A stretch of 64,000 nt of DNA from NCBI GenBank assembly GCA_964187785.1, contig OZ076409.1, forward strand, positions 16,432,001 through 16,496,000, given 5' to 3'. The DNA comes from Amphiscolops sp. MND2022. Its lineage: Eukaryota. This document shows, piece after piece, positions 63,758-64,000 of the stretch. How positions within the stretch are numbered: position 1 is the stretch's first letter; every line of letters begins with the position of its first letter. The position numbers and the translations under genes are program-made. A model generated the notes under the pieces. The model saw nothing but the letters and a program-made list of their open reading frames with translations. It did no database searches and had not been told where the DNA came from.

Positions 63758-64000
63758 TTTTTGTCAGAAATGTGGTTTAACTTCGGTGACAGTTTTGCAA
63801 AAGGGGTCAAATTGAAAAGATAGCACAAAACGGACAACGCCATCAGAAAGAGCGTCCAAAAAAACCCCCATGCTGAAATTTTCGCCGCCATCACTTGAAT
63901 TTTCATTGAGTTATGTCATTTTTACTATTTTCACAAAATGTGGTTTAACTTCGGTGACAGTTTTGCAAAAGGGGTCAAAATGAACAGATAGCAAAAAACG

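Larger units (their letters stand above)
42108..64000 (+). repeat. Tandem array of [putative SL RNA + 5S rRNA + spacer] units, right block (24 5S copies; 904-bp units mixed with 1012/1014-bp units carrying an insert)
   Basis: Period is 904 bp, except four intervals of 1012 bp and one of 1014 bp explained by a 96-bp insert plus 14-bp duplication, with or without a 2-bp deletion. Confidence 0.99.

Noticed and set aside
1..64000. CRISPR-like or prokaryotic repeat array
   Set aside because: Units are 904 bp and nearly identical with no variable spacers; the 5S gene has eukaryotic Pol III signals and the RT is a eukaryotic LINE type.

Overview
The window is a eukaryotic (animal-like) tandem array of a 904-bp unit with 65 copies. 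Each unit carries a 119-nt 5S rRNA gene (+ strand). About 120 bp upstream on the same strand is what looks like a spliced-leader (SL) trans-splicing RNA gene: an AT-rich exon ending ...TTATTAAATAG, a perfect GTAAGT donor inside stem-loop I, a GAAA-capped stem-loop II and an Sm site AATTTTTGA. One unit is interrupted by an intact ~4.84-kb L1/Tx1-type non-LTR retrotransposon (ORF1 plus APE-endonuclease/RT ORF2, 37265-42107) inserted 2 nt upstream of the SL donor. Five other units carry a different 96-bp element with a 14-bp target-site duplication and exactly the same 3' junction. Together these suggest a site-specific, SL-RNA-targeting retrotransposon system that uses an APE endonuclease. Both elements end in a short sequence antisense to the splice donor, and the 5' end of the full-length element rebuilds a hairpin with the SL exon. 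The repeated 92-aa minus-strand ORFs are spurious (antisense to 5S rRNA). The SL call, the clade assignment and all mechanisms are inferred from sequence alone.
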